Both the position numbers and the translations under genes were made by a program. From an uncultured delta proteobacterium (GTDB lineage Bacteria; Desulfobacterota; WTBG01): a DNA stretch of 64,000 nucleotides. Of this stretch, positions 31,781 through 43,299 are shown piece after piece. Every line of letters starts with the position of its first letter. Within the stretch, counting starts at the first letter, position 1. The notes beneath the pieces are model-generated. The model was not told the DNA's origin. It did no database searches and saw only the letters and a list, made by a program, of their open reading frames with translations. The stretch spans positions 96,001-160,000 of the forward strand of contig CAWCBP010000001.1 of assembly GCA_963793865.1 (NCBI GenBank), given 5' to 3'.

Positions 31781-34164
31781 ATGAAAAAGGTTATTTATTT
31801 GCTGGTAGTTTTGTGTGCTGCGGGCATTGCCACAACTCCCCACATGACTCTTGCTTCATGGTGCATTGAGACAGCGGATGCACCAAAATATTTTGGTCTT
31901 TCTGGTCCAAGGGCAATAGCCGTTGACGAAAGTAATAATCCCCATATTGCTTACGGAGGTGACCACCTCTACTATGCCTACTATGATGGGAACGCCTGGC
32001 ACTATGAAACTGCTGATACATCACCAGGGGTAGGTTTGTTTACTTCCCTTGCCCTAGACGCAGGGGGGAAGGCGCATATCAGCTATTATGATAACATTAA
32101 CTATGACCTCAGGTATGCCACCAATAAGGGTGGCGCCTGGGTAACGGAGACAGTGGACAGTGCTGGAGATGCAGGAAGATATGCCTCCCTTGCCCTGGAC
32201 GCAGGGGGGAAGGTCCACATCAGCTATTATGATGCCACTAACAATGATCTCAGGTATGCCACCAATAAGAGTGGAGTCTGGGTAGCTGAGACGGTGTATG
32301 GTAATGAGTATCGTGGAAGCTACACCTCCCTTGCCTTGGATGCAGAGGGGAAGGCGCATATCGGTTATCGTTGTGGTGGCCTCAGGTATGTCTCCAATAA
32401 GAATGGCGTTTGGATAGCGGTGACGGTTGATAGCTCTGTTTATGTTGGAGAATACACCTCCCTTGCCCTGGACGCAGAGGGGAAGGCGCACATAAGCTAT
32501 TCTGGTTTACACAGTCTCAAGTATGCCACCAATAAGAGTGGTGCCTGGGTAACGGACACAGTGGATAGCGAGGCAGATGTGGGCTTTTGCACCTCCCTTG
32601 CCCTGGATGGAGAGGGGAAAGTGTATATCAGCTATTATGATAATACTAACTATGACCTCAAGTATATCACCAATAAGAATGGTGCTTGGGTAACTGAGAA
32701 TGTGGATAGCGCTGGATATGTAGGAACAGACAGCTCCCTTGCCCTGGATGGAGAGGGGAAAGTGTATATCAGCTATTATGATGATACTAACAATGGCCTC
32801 AAGTATATCACCAATAAAAGTGGTGCCTGGGTAGCGGAGACAGTGGATAGTTATGGATATGTAGGAGAATACACCTCACTTGCCCTGGATGCAGAGGGCA
32901 AAGCGCATATCAGCTATAATGATGATACTAACAATGGCCTCAAGTATGCTACCAATAAGATTTATTCCTGGGAAAAGGAGATAGTAGATAACACTGGAGG
33001 CGCACACCTCCCTTGCCCTGGATTCAGAGGGGAAGGTGCATATCGGTTATCGTTGTGATGGCCTCAAGTATGTCACCAATAAGCGTGGTGCCTGGGTAAC
33101 GGAGACGGTGGATAGCGCTGGATATGTAGGAACAGACAGCTCCCTTGCCCTGGACGGAGAAGGGAACGTGCACATCAGCTACTTTGATGATTATCCTAAC
33201 GCTGATCTCAAGTACGCCACCAATAAGAGTGGAGTCTGGGTAATGGAGACGGTGGATAGTTATGGATGGGTAGGCTACGACAGCTCCCTTGCCCTGGACT
33301 CAGAGGGGAAGGCGTATATAAGCTATTTTGATAGTGCTAGCGATGATCTCAAGTATGCCACCAATAAGAGTGGTGCCTGGGTAACGGAGACAGTGGATAG
33401 CTGCTGGAGATGTAGGAAGATATACCTCCCTTGCCCTGGACGCAGAGGGGAAGGCCCACATCAGCTATTATGATGCCACTAGCGATGATCTCAAGTATGC
33501 CACCAATAAGAGTGGTGCCTGGGTAACGGAGACAGTGGATAGCGCTGGAGATGTAGGAAGATATACCTCCCTTGCCCTGGACGCAGAGGGGAAGGCGTAT
33601 ATAAGCTATTTTGATAATACTAACTATGACCTCAAGTATATCACCAATAAGAGTGGTGCCTGGGTAGCGGAGACAGTGGATAGTTATGGAGATGTAGGAA
33701 GATACACCTCACTTGCCCTGGACGCAGAGGGGAAAGCGCATATCAGCTATAATGATGGCACTAACGAGGATCTCAAGTATGCCCAACAGACGATTGTAGA
33801 AGATTTTGATTGTGATACCATTCTAAATGATAATGACAACTGCCCCACGATCTCCAATCCCACTCAACAAGACACCCTCCCTCCACAAGGCAACGATATC
33901 GGTGACGCTTGCGACTGTGAAGGCAATTTTAATTGCTCGGTGGATCAAGATGTTGATGGCAGCGATGCGGCATTATTTAAGAGTGACTTTGGCAGGAATC
34001 TTATTACTGACCCCTGTACCGCTCTGGATCCCTGTCGCGGCGATTTTTCATGTGATGGCGATGTGGACGGCACCGACGCATCGCTGTTCAAATCCGACTT
34101 TGGCCGCAGTTCGATGCAAAATGCATGTCCTGCCTGTGTGCAGGGGGAGTGGTGCGGGTATTAA
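31781..34164 (+). CDS. Secreted protein with ~14 [11 protein letters not shown] propeller repeats and dockerin-like module; frameshifts near 33000 and 33400
   Basis: ORFs 31691, 33036 and 33535 carry the same repeat; signal peptide [10 protein letters not shown]. Confidence 0.8.
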
Positions 34165-34388
34165 GAAGCGATGTGAGATGTGAGATATGGGAGGTGCGAT
34201 AAAAAAGGCAGGAAAGCCGATGACAAAATTGATTGAGGATCTAGGAATGCGGATTGCGGAGGAAAAACGGAGTGCATGAAACGTACGCTCGGGGGAGAAG
34301 ACTGAGGAGGGAAGCGTTTCATTGGGTATCGCTATGCAATGCCTATCTATTGTCTGTGCCTTATTATTATTGAACAAAGGAGGATGCC

Positions 34389-36605
34389 ATGCAAAAATCA
34401 TTAGTTATAACTGTAATTGCGTTAGTTGTCACTCATGACCTTGGCATTAATCCCGTCAAAGCTCAGGTGCGCAGGTTCTGCAACAACCCGGGCGAGCCTT
34501 TGTTGAATCCATGGCTGAATACCAGTGGGTGCAGGGGGAACTCGAGAACAAGTGGTCGCAGTGGATGATGATGTCATCCGCGGACCCGCAGGACATTGAC
34601 GTGCAACAATATACCCTCTCTATTGAATTTTTCCCCGACACCTACTCCATCTCAGGTGAGGTTACCATTGATGCAGAGACGCTGTCACTCTCCCTGGCTA
34701 CACTTTCTATCGACTGCCATACCACTTTAACCGTTGATTCGCTTACCTTTGACGGATCACCCAAAAGTTACACCCACGCGGATGATAAGATAACACTCTC
34801 GTTTGATCCTCCCCTTGCACCCTCTCAGGCATTCACGGTAAACATCGCCTACCACGGCACCTTCACGCCTCTGCAAGAGTATGGTTTAATATTTGCTCAG
34901 CATGGTACGGGCAATGTGCCGGTCATCTCCAGCTTATCTGAACCTTACATGGCTCCATCCTGGTGGCCATGTATCGATAACCCCAATGATAAGTCACCCA
35001 TAGAATTTTATATAACCTGCTCTTCTGAAATTGGCGGGAACCAAATGGTGGGAGTATCCAATGGTTCCTTGACAGGGACCACCGACAACGGGGATGGGAC
35101 CACTACCTTCCACTGGAGTGAGACCTACCCGATTGCTACCTATCTGGTGATGGTTGCCATAAGCAACTATATTGAAATTGACACGCTTCCTGATACATAC
35201 GGCACCATGCCCCTCACGTACTATTGCTATCCGGAGCATGTGGAATTTTGCGAATATCAATACGCCCAGGTCTTCGACTTAATCGATCTGTTTGCTGACA
35301 AACTGGGCGAGTACCCTTTCATCGCTGAACAACATGCGATCATTGAAATCCCCATGGGATCAAATGGCATGGAGCATCAGACTATCACCTGCGTCAATGA
35401 TGAGCTGATGGGTCTTCCCATAGGAAGCTATCCCATGCGTGTCATTGTGGGGCATGAGGTGTCCCACCAGTGGTTCGGAGACGTAGGTGACCATGAAAAC
35501 CTGGAATGACATCTGGCTCAATGAAGGGCTGGCAACGTTCTTTCAATTTTACTACCGGGAGGCATTCGGTGAGATTTCGGCAGTTATAGAGAAGCTCAAG
35601 ATTTTTAATACGTCTATGTTTGGCGACTCGTATGCATATCCTGTCTATGTGAGGGATGCAACCGATCCCTTCGCCAATTCAGGAACCATTTACTTTAAGG
35701 GAGCATGGGTAGTGCATATGCTGAGAGAGATGATTGATGACGATGCGCTGTTCTTTTCTATCCTGGAAACATACCTGGCGAATTATGCCTATGGCAACAC
35801 GGAAACAGATGATTTGAGGACGGCCTTTGAAAGCGGCTTGGGGAGCTCACTTGAACCATTCTTTGATCAGTGGATATACACACCAGCCTGGCCAGTTTAT
35901 GCCGTTACCTACGAGAATTCCAGCCGGGAAGGCGGCTATAAGGTGGATATCAATATACGGCAGACCCAGACGCATGACGTGGTAGATGTTGCAGAAAATC
36001 CCCTTCGTGACTACTACATCATGCCCCTTGAATTCACCGTTCATTATACCGATGCAACTACTGAAGTCTTTAAGCTAACCAATGATCAGCGCAATCAGAG
36101 TTTCCAGCTGCTAACCACCAAAGAGCCGGACTATACCGTTTTCGACGAAGACATAAACGTACTGAAAGATGCGGAGGAAGCGGTGGTTTCTGATAACGAC
36201 GGCATTTTTATTGATGGAGATTACAGCGGGATACCCGGCGATAATTATTGCGCCGGCGGGGCAACAGAGAACTGTGACGATAACTGTCCTGCCACCGCTA
36301 ATCCCGCTCAGGAAGACACTTTACCTCCGGGTGGAAACGGGTGCGGCAATGCCTGTGAATGCGAGGGCAACTTTCAGGGTAATGATGTTGATTGCGACGG
36401 GTCGGACGCAGCGATCTTCAAAGTGGATTATGGCCGCAATTCCTTGACCAGGCCATGCAATGCCGGAGATCCGTGCAACGGGGATTTTTCATGTAACGGT
36501 AATGTGGATGGAACTGATGCCGCGCGGTTCAAGGCTGATTTTGGCAGAAACGGGCTCAACAAACCCTGTCCTTCCTGCGCAACAGTACCGTGGTGCTCGT
36601 ATTAG
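34389..36605 (+). CDS. Secreted M1-family zinc aminopeptidase with dockerin-like module (frameshifted near the 5' end and near 35485)
   Basis: WWPCIDNPNDK, NGMEHQT, HEVSHQWFG...WNDIWLNEG and IYFKGAWV; SD AAAGGAGG before ATG 34389. Confidence 0.85.
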
Positions 36606-36736
36606 ATTGCGTTGTTCGGCAGGCGGATTGAAAAGAGGGTGGTGTTTATTTAACAATTCCCGCCATGTCTGCGCTGGCATTGAACCGTGGTGTTATTATT
36701 AGCGCAAGCATACTCTTGACATAAGTGGAGGAAGAT

Positions 36737-38512
36737 ATGAAAACATTAGCGGGGCTAGCTGTTATCATTTTAACAGTGTGTGCCGGGATAACTCCGTGCT
36801 GTAGCGAGGAGTATTGGATCAAGGCATACGGAGGAGGCGGGGAGGATAGTGTTTCTGTAGTGCGGCAGACCTCGGACGGAGGATTTGTCGCGGGCGGGAC
36901 TTCCAGGTCGTTTGTTCCAACCGGTTCTGAAATAGTGGTGATGAAGCTTGATGGCGGAGGAAATGTCACCTGGCAAAAAACGTACGGCCTAAAAGAATTT
37001 ACTACCTTCTCTTGCATTCACGAAACTGCTGATGGGGGTTCTATTGTGGCCGGCAATGCCTCTGATGAAGCAATTGTCGGGTATGGTAATGCCTGGATTT
37101 TCAAGCTAAACGGCGCCGGGAACATCGTTTGGCAAAAATCCTACGGGGGAAATTACTGGCTAATCTATTCAATCGAGCAAACCGGCGATGGCGGATACAT
37201 TGCTGCCGGTGAATATGCATATGGATCAGTTGAACAGGGCATTTGGATCGTCAAACTTGATGGCAATGGAGAGATTGTGTGGCAAAAGGGGTTTGGCAAT
37301 AGAATTATGGGCAAAAGTATTCAACAGACATCAGACGGCGGATTCATTCTTCTCGGAATACCCACTTATGGTTATAGTAGAATTATAGTTATCAAACTTG
37401 ACAGCACCGGGGTGGTGACCTGGACAAAAGCCTACGCCAACAGATGCAGCTTCACTGACTTTAATATATACCCGGGTTCTATTGCAGAAGAATCCTACGG
37501 AGACTACATGCTGACATTTTATTGTGGCGGCAGTGGGACCGGTGTGCTGATGCTTCGCAGCGATGGCAGTGTTTTGTGGTCAAAGGTATACTCGGCAGGA
37601 GATGCAAGATTTTCCGCAATTCAACAAATTGCGGACGGAGAATATATTATTGCCGGCAGGATGGGGACTGATGCCCTGGTGGTAAAGCTTAATGAGTACA
37701 GGGCCATTACCTGGCAGAAGAAATATGGGGGCAGTAATGCAGATTATGCAAATTCCATCCAGCGGACCATCGATGGCGGATATATCATCGGCGGCAGCAC
37801 CAGGTCCTTTGGTGCAGGCGGCAATGACGGCTGGGCGCTTAAAATTGATGGCAACGGTGCCATTCCGGGTTGTTCGGTCATCTCTCATAGCACGGCAAGT
37901 TTTTCTGATATGCCTTATGCCTGGACCGTCGGGTCCTGCTGTGGGGAATCGGAGGTCGGCCCTGTGGCGGTGACCGATACTGACTGCATACCCCGTGACA
38001 GTTTAGCAGCGGAACAGGGCATATGCAGTTACGCTATTCCTGATGACATGGATGGGGATGGAACTCTCAATTACCTGGACAGTTGTCCGCTGATTCCGAA
38101 TGGTCCTGCCCTGGGCATATGCATGCGGGGGACTGTGATAGGCGCAACTTGCACGAGCGATGAAGCGTGCGGATTAAATGGGGACTGCTTCTTGAACCAG
38201 GAGGAGTATGCATGCGTCTGTATGTCGGATTTTGATTGTGATTTGGACGCAGATGGCTCCGATGCGGTCAGAATTAAATCCCATTTTGGACGGTACATCT
38301 TAAGCAACCCCTGCAGCAATGAAAGCCCCTGTAATGGTGATTTCAACTGCGATAGTGATGTGGATGGCAGCGATGTCGCGCAGTTCAAGAGCGCCTTTGG
38401 CCGCTTCTTTTGTTTAAGCGGATCCTTCGCTTCGGATGACTACACAGCTTCATGCATGAGTCCCTGCTTTGATTGCATTGATGAGTTATACGCCTATACT
38501 TGCACCTATTGA
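36737..38512 (+). CDS. Secreted beta-propeller-repeat protein with a divergent dockerin-like module
   Basis: QTxDGG repeats as in the 16346 gene; DFDCDLDADGSDA and GDFNCDSDVDGSDV. Confidence 0.85.
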   Translation: MKTLAGLAVIILTVCAGITPCCSEEYWIKAYGGGGEDSVSVVRQTSDGGFVAGGTSRSFVPTGSEIVVMKLDGGGNVTWQKTYGLKEFTTFSCIHETADGGSIVAGNASDEAIVGYGNAWIFKLNGAGNIVWQKSYGGNYWLIYSIEQTGDGGYIAAGEYAYGSVEQGIWIVKLDGNGEIVWQKGFGNRIMGKSIQQTSDGGFILLGIPTYGYSRIIVIKLDSTGVVTWTKAYANRCSFTDFNIYPGSIAEESYGDYMLTFYCGGSGTGVLMLRSDGSVLWSKVYSAGDARFSAIQQIADGEYIIAGRMGTDALVVKLNEYRAITWQKKYGGSNADYANSIQRTIDGGYIIGGSTRSFGAGGNDGWALKIDGNGAIPGCSVISHSTASFSDMPYAWTVGSCCGESEVGPVAVTDTDCIPRDSLAAEQGICSYAIPDDMDGDGTLNYLDSCPLIPNGPALGICMRGTVIGATCTSDEACGLNGDCFLNQEEYACVCMSDFDCDLDADGSDAVRIKSHFGRYILSNPCSNESPCNGDFNCDSDVDGSDVAQFKSAFGRFFCLSGSFASDDYTASCMSPCFDCIDELYAYTCTY

Positions 38513-38745
38513 GAGGGGAGAGGGTTCAGGGTACAGGCAAAAACAGTTTGCAGTTGACAGTTTACAGGAGGCAGCATAATTTATGCGGAATCCGGCATTA
38601 TATGGTTTTGGGATGAGTGAACAGCGTACAGGGGTTGGAAACTTCAATTGCAGCAAACTGTAAACCGGCAACTGTCAACTGAAAACTTATACTCGACAGA
38701 GTTCAATGGCAAACAACAATAGTTAACACCCAAAGAGGTACAATC

Positions 38746-39432
38746 ATGAAACTTTCAGTTATACAGGCAAGTCCGCATGGCATGAAAGGTTACACCGGAA
38801 GGCTGCTCAAGCCGTTCCTGGCGGCTGCGAATGAGGCCGGGGCAGAAGTTGATCTCTTTTCCTTTGATTCACTGACGGTTCATCCCTGCAAGGGCTGTGT
38901 TGAGATCTGTCACGGCAAGGGTTCCTGTTACCTGGAGGATGACTGTAAAAAAATCCTGGAGAGCATGCTTGTCGCCGACGGCATTGTGTTCGCCGTTCCC
39001 AATTACATGTTCGGTGTGACCGCGCAGCTGAAAGCGCTGCTGGACCGATTGAGCTTCACCCTGCACTGCATGCGCTTGTACGGCAAATATGCCACCACCC
39101 TGGTGACCTGCGGCGGGTCGCCGCCGGAAGACGTTGAGAACTATTTACATAAAATCCTGCCCCAGTTCGGCCTGCGGCTGATTGACGGCATTAACGGCGT
39201 AATGCTGCAGTTCGAGGATCCGGACGAAAGCGCGAAGCTCGAGAAGGCTTCCGCAGACCTTTGCCGGCGCCTGGTTCGGGCCATACAGCAGAAGGAAACC
39301 CGTCCCGAACAGGAAGAGCAGATCAGGCAGGCTTTTGAAATAAACAGTTTTATCGTCCAGTCCCAGCAGGAAAAGTGGCCTTTTGCCTTTGACTATTGGA
39401 ACAAACACTGGGATCAGCAGCCCAATGAATAA
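38746..39432 (+). CDS. Flavodoxin-fold NADPH-dependent FMN reductase / iron-sulfur flavoprotein-like protein
   Basis: ASPH..GYT, CKGC..IC....C..DD and ADGIVFAVPNY..GVTAQLKALLDR. Confidence 0.85.
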   Translation: MKLSVIQASPHGMKGYTGRLLKPFLAAANEAGAEVDLFSFDSLTVHPCKGCVEICHGKGSCYLEDDCKKILESMLVADGIVFAVPNYMFGVTAQLKALLDRLSFTLHCMRLYGKYATTLVTCGGSPPEDVENYLHKILPQFGLRLIDGINGVMLQFEDPDESAKLEKASADLCRRLVRAIQQKETRPEQEEQIRQAFEINSFIVQSQQEKWPFAFDYWNKHWDQQPNE

Positions 39433-40330
39433 GTTAATTGTAGTAATTTTCCTAATATCGATCAGTTGCAGCAGTGCTATTGCCGGTTATGGTGTTTTGT
39501 ACGAGGATTGTAGTTTCCATGTTCCGGGTATGCCTCCTATAGCAGACGGTCATTACTCTTCTTCTTGTACTTGTTGTTGTGGCATGTGTGCTTTTTGCTC
39601 TTCTGATGTCACTCGTGGTATAGAGGTGGGATATTATAGCAGCTCCGGTGGATACTGTGGGTGGATGAGTGGTTGTAGTGGGACTATTGAAACATATTCA
39701 AGTGGTATTATTGAATTTAATATCACAAGCGTGGATAGTTTATTCAACGGGGATCAAATCGAAGCAGAACTTTCTTTGCAAGTGAAACGTGGTAATTTAC
39801 CATGGTATAAATGTCTTTCTTTATATAACATTCAGGATGCAAACGAGAATGGAGTTATTGAAGGGGTTGATGTTACTAATGTTAATGATTATATAGACAC
39901 AATCTGTGAAAACCTTCTACCCGGAGATATGATTACCTTTGATGTAACGTCAGCCGTAGAACATGATTTGTTTACCTCAGATCAGACAGTTTTCTCTGGA
40001 TTCGTTATAACAGCTAATGCCCCCGGATGGGGTGAGAGGTCAATCAGGTTGTATGATCGCACGCATCCTTTTCTTGGTCCTAAATTACGAGTCAGTGGTA
40101 TGTGTCCTGTATCAGTCATTTACGGAACGTCTTCAGAACAAAGCAAGGTTCTCAGATACTGCCGTGACAATGTATTATCCAGAACCTCAGAAGGCCGGGA
40201 ACTGGTAGAACTTTACTACCAATGGAGTCCTGCTATAGTTAGGGCAATGGAGGATGATGAAGAATTTAAGGAGGGAGTTAAAGAATCAATAGATGCTATT
40301 TTGCTGATGCTTGAAAAAGTGATGAAATAA
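39425..40330 (+). CDS. Secreted ADGHY-domain protein with CFI-box-CTERM-like tail
   Basis: Signal peptide; same ADGHY...EHDLF...FSGFVI domain as the array genes; tail CP..IYG...LRYCRDNVL...GRELVELYYQWSP. Confidence 0.8.
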   Translation: MNKLIVVIFLISISCSSAIAGYGVLYEDCSFHVPGMPPIADGHYSSSCTCCCGMCAFCSSDVTRGIEVGYYSSSGGYCGWMSGCSGTIETYSSGIIEFNITSVDSLFNGDQIEAELSLQVKRGNLPWYKCLSLYNIQDANENGVIEGVDVTNVNDYIDTICENLLPGDMITFDVTSAVEHDLFTSDQTVFSGFVITANAPGWGERSIRLYDRTHPFLGPKLRVSGMCPVSVIYGTSSEQSKVLRYCRDNVLSRTSEGRELVELYYQWSPAIVRAMEDDEEFKEGVKESIDAILLMLEKVMK

Positions 40331-40569
40331 ACTCGAATCAGATTTTGGTTGCTGCTGGTTCAGAAACCCCTGCCTTTGAGATCTTGTCACATGAGGACGA
40401 TGTCATTTTGTACCTTTCGATGCAACTCAGGATGGACTCCGTGAGGAATCTTATGTAAGGGTACGGTGCGCTGTGCACCTGCAATTTTCAAGATTTCTCG
40501 GATTCTCTCGAAATGACAAGATGTCGAATTCTGCCGCCACATCAAAAAATATGAAAGGGGGAAGTTAAG

Positions 40570-41801
40570 GTGAAACAGAGTAAGACAATAGTACTGATAC
40601 TTGTTTTTTTGCTAAGTGCTCTCGCGGCATGCCTGGCGCTTTTTTTCAGAAGCTCCGGCTGCGGCACTGACAGCGGGTTTGTTACCGGCGAGCGAACCAT
40701 ACATGTCAAATGGAGTGCAAAGGGTATACTATCTCAAGCTCCCGGAGCCCTATGATGCTTCAATCCCTTATCCTCTGGTCTTTGGCTTTCATGGTGCGAG
40801 CGGGGACTATACAAGTTTTACCGAAGGGTATTATGATTTCCAAAGTGTCGTCGGCGAGGAAGCGATTCTCGTCTATCCCAATGGACTTGCCAATGATGCC
40901 GGGCTGACCCAGTGGGACCAGGAGAATGATCTCATCTTTTTCGATGACCTGTACCGGGAACTTGAAGCGAATCTCTGCTTCGATACCAGCAGGGTGTTCG
41001 CCGCGGGCCACAGCGCCGGTGCGGGTTTTACCCACGCACTGGGGTGCAGGAGAGGAGATATACTTAGAGCTATTGCTCCTGTGGCCGGTTCACTGTTAGA
41101 CCGTGAAAATTGCATAGGCCAGGTTGCGGTGCTCCAGATACAGGGGACGAACGACAATCTTGTCCCCCTGGGTCTGATTAAGCCTGCCCGGGACTATTGG
41201 ATAGCAATCAACAGTTGTACCAAAGAGGAAACCGGGGAGGGAATTGATCCTGAGTGTATTGCATATGGCGGGTGTGATGTTCAGTTCCCGGTGGAATATT
41301 GTGAGCATGACGGGAGGGCACGAGTGGCCTGATTTTGCAAGTGAAGCGATCTGGAACTTCTTTAAAAGTCTTCCTCCGTCAGCCCCCTCGGACAAACCCG
41401 GCAGGGGAGATGTTGACAACCTGGGTAAAGGCACCATCAGCTTCAGCGTCCACTACCCCGCCGATTTTGTAGGCACACCGGTAAAAATGGTGCTGGCCCT
41501 TTATCCATATAATACGGTTCCCCCGATCTCAACTGCTCCTTCCTTTGTCCTGGGTCTTGATGTCCCTCTGGGTGAATATCAGTTCGGTGAAATTACCGAA
41601 TACACTGATGTGGAGATCAGCCTTCTGGGTTTGGACTATGGTGACTACGCGCTGACCGTGGTGGTTTATGTGGAAGGGAGCAGCTATCCGATGCCCACCA
41701 ATGGAAAGGATTACCAGGGTTTACAGAATGTTACCATCAACAGCACCACCCTGTTTGTCGATACACCCATTGAACTGGCACCCGTGCAGATGAGCTTTTA
41801 A
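40570..41801 (+). CDS. Secreted PHB-depolymerase/feruloyl-esterase-like alpha/beta hydrolase, split by two frameshifts
   Basis: PLVFGFHG, LVYPNG, GHSAG, QGTND and GGHEWP motifs across three ORFs. Confidence 0.75.
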
Positions 41802-42002
41802 AGAGGGTAAGAATTACCCTCGTGTTTGATAAATACTTCGTAGGGGCGACCGGCCGGTCGCCCTTGTTTGTCTCCATGGCAGGAAATGTCATTCCGAACG
41901 AAGGTGAGTAATCATAGATACTGGAATTGTTTCATGTTACTTCCTCCCCGATGGATGTCCACCCGGTGTATATATTCCCCCGCAGTACTGCATCATTTGG
42001 TA

Positions 42003-42031
42003 TTGACACCTCTTTTTAAAAAATATAGAGT
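42003..42031 (+). promoter_or_regulatory. Sigma70-type promoter
   Basis: TTGACA, 17 bp, TAGAGT upstream of amrB. Confidence 0.5.
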
Positions 42032-42051
42032 ACGAGGCTTAAAAAGCATTC

Positions 42052-43299
42052 ATGAATGAATCCGGAATGAGCATGGATTATCCAAAGTTAAGAAGTATCG
42101 ATATTTTCCCCTTCGAAGCCGCCGGTCGGAAAGCGATTGGATTGCGGGACCCTGCAGTCATGAATGACCGGGTGCTGGTGATTTCCTACCCCGCTTTTTT
42201 CATTGTCAGCCTTTTTGACGGCACGCGATCCCTGCTGGATATCAAGGCCGAGTACACGAGAAAATACGGGGAGATGATTTTTACCGAGCAGCTTGAAGAG
42301 ATGGTTAAGCAGCTTGATGAGAATTATCTCCTGGAGAGCGAGCGCTACCAGACATATCGCGTTCAAATGGAAGATGAGTTCAGGAAGTCTGAGATACGCT
42401 GCGCGGCATATGCGGGGAAAAGTTACGAGGCTGAACCCGGCAGGCTGACAGAGCAGATTGACGGATTTTTCACTGATCCGCGGGGGCCGGGAAAACCCGG
42501 GCCTGCAAAAGCAGCATCTTCCATAAAGGGCCTTATCGCGCCGCACATTGATTTCCAGCGCGGCGGCCCCTGCTATGCCTGGGCCTATAAAGAGCTGGCT
42601 GAATCAGCTCCGCCGGATCTCTTCATTATATTGGGGACCGTCCACCTCCCCGCGCTCAACCCGTTCATACTGACGAAGAAAAAATTTGAAACGCCCTTCG
42701 GAGTGGTTGATACCGCATCTGACATTGTAGATGACCTTGCGAAACAATTGCCGTTTGACCCTTTCCAGGATGAGCTCCTGCACAAGTCCGAACACACCAT
42801 TGAATTTCAGGTTGTCTTGTTAAGCTATCTCTTCGGTGACATCACACGGTTCCGTGTTGTCCCCATCCTCTGCGGATCGTTTCAAGACGTGATAGCAGGA
42901 GATGTTGCGGCGGATCAAAAGACGCACCTCTCTGATTTTATAGCCTGCCTGCGGGAAGCGGTGGGGAAGTCCGGCTGCAAGTCCTGTTACATTGCCAGCG
43001 CGGACCTGGCCCATGTGGGGCAGCGCTTCGGCGCCGCTGCCGCTCCCTCACCTGAGGACCTGCGGGATGTTGAGCTGCAGGACCGGGCTATGCTTTCTCA
43101 CGCAGAGCGCCTTGATGCAGAAGGATTTTGTGATTTTATTCAAAGAGAAAGGGACAGGAGGAACATCTGCGGACTGCCGCCCATCTACACCCTGCTCAGG
43201 GCCATGGATGCACAGGAGGGAAAGCTGCTTGACTACCGGCAGGCGGTGGAGCCGGAGGGCGGTTCGGCAGTGACCTTCGCCAGCATGGTGTTCAGGTAG
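42052..43299 (+). CDS. amrB: AmmeMemoRadiSam system protein B (MEMO1 family) with N-terminal extension
   Basis: IAPHID, LGTVH, FETPFG, EHTIE.Q, ASADLAHVG and NICG. Confidence 0.9.
   Translation: MNESGMSMDYPKLRSIDIFPFEAAGRKAIGLRDPAVMNDRVLVISYPAFFIVSLFDGTRSLLDIKAEYTRKYGEMIFTEQLEEMVKQLDENYLLESERYQTYRVQMEDEFRKSEIRCAAYAGKSYEAEPGRLTEQIDGFFTDPRGPGKPGPAKAASSIKGLIAPHIDFQRGGPCYAWAYKELAESAPPDLFIILGTVHLPALNPFILTKKKFETPFGVVDTASDIVDDLAKQLPFDPFQDELLHKSEHTIEFQVVLLSYLFGDITRFRVVPILCGSFQDVIAGDVAADQKTHLSDFIACLREAVGKSGCKSCYIASADLAHVGQRFGAAAAPSPEDLRDVELQDRAMLSHAERLDAEGFCDFIQRERDRRNICGLPPIYTLLRAMDAQEGKLLDYRQAVEPEGGSAVTFASMVFR

Noticed and set aside
21200..33780. Periodic repeats as a CRISPR array
   Set aside because: Units are ~138-141-bp in-frame coding repeats with no unique spacers, and there are no cas genes
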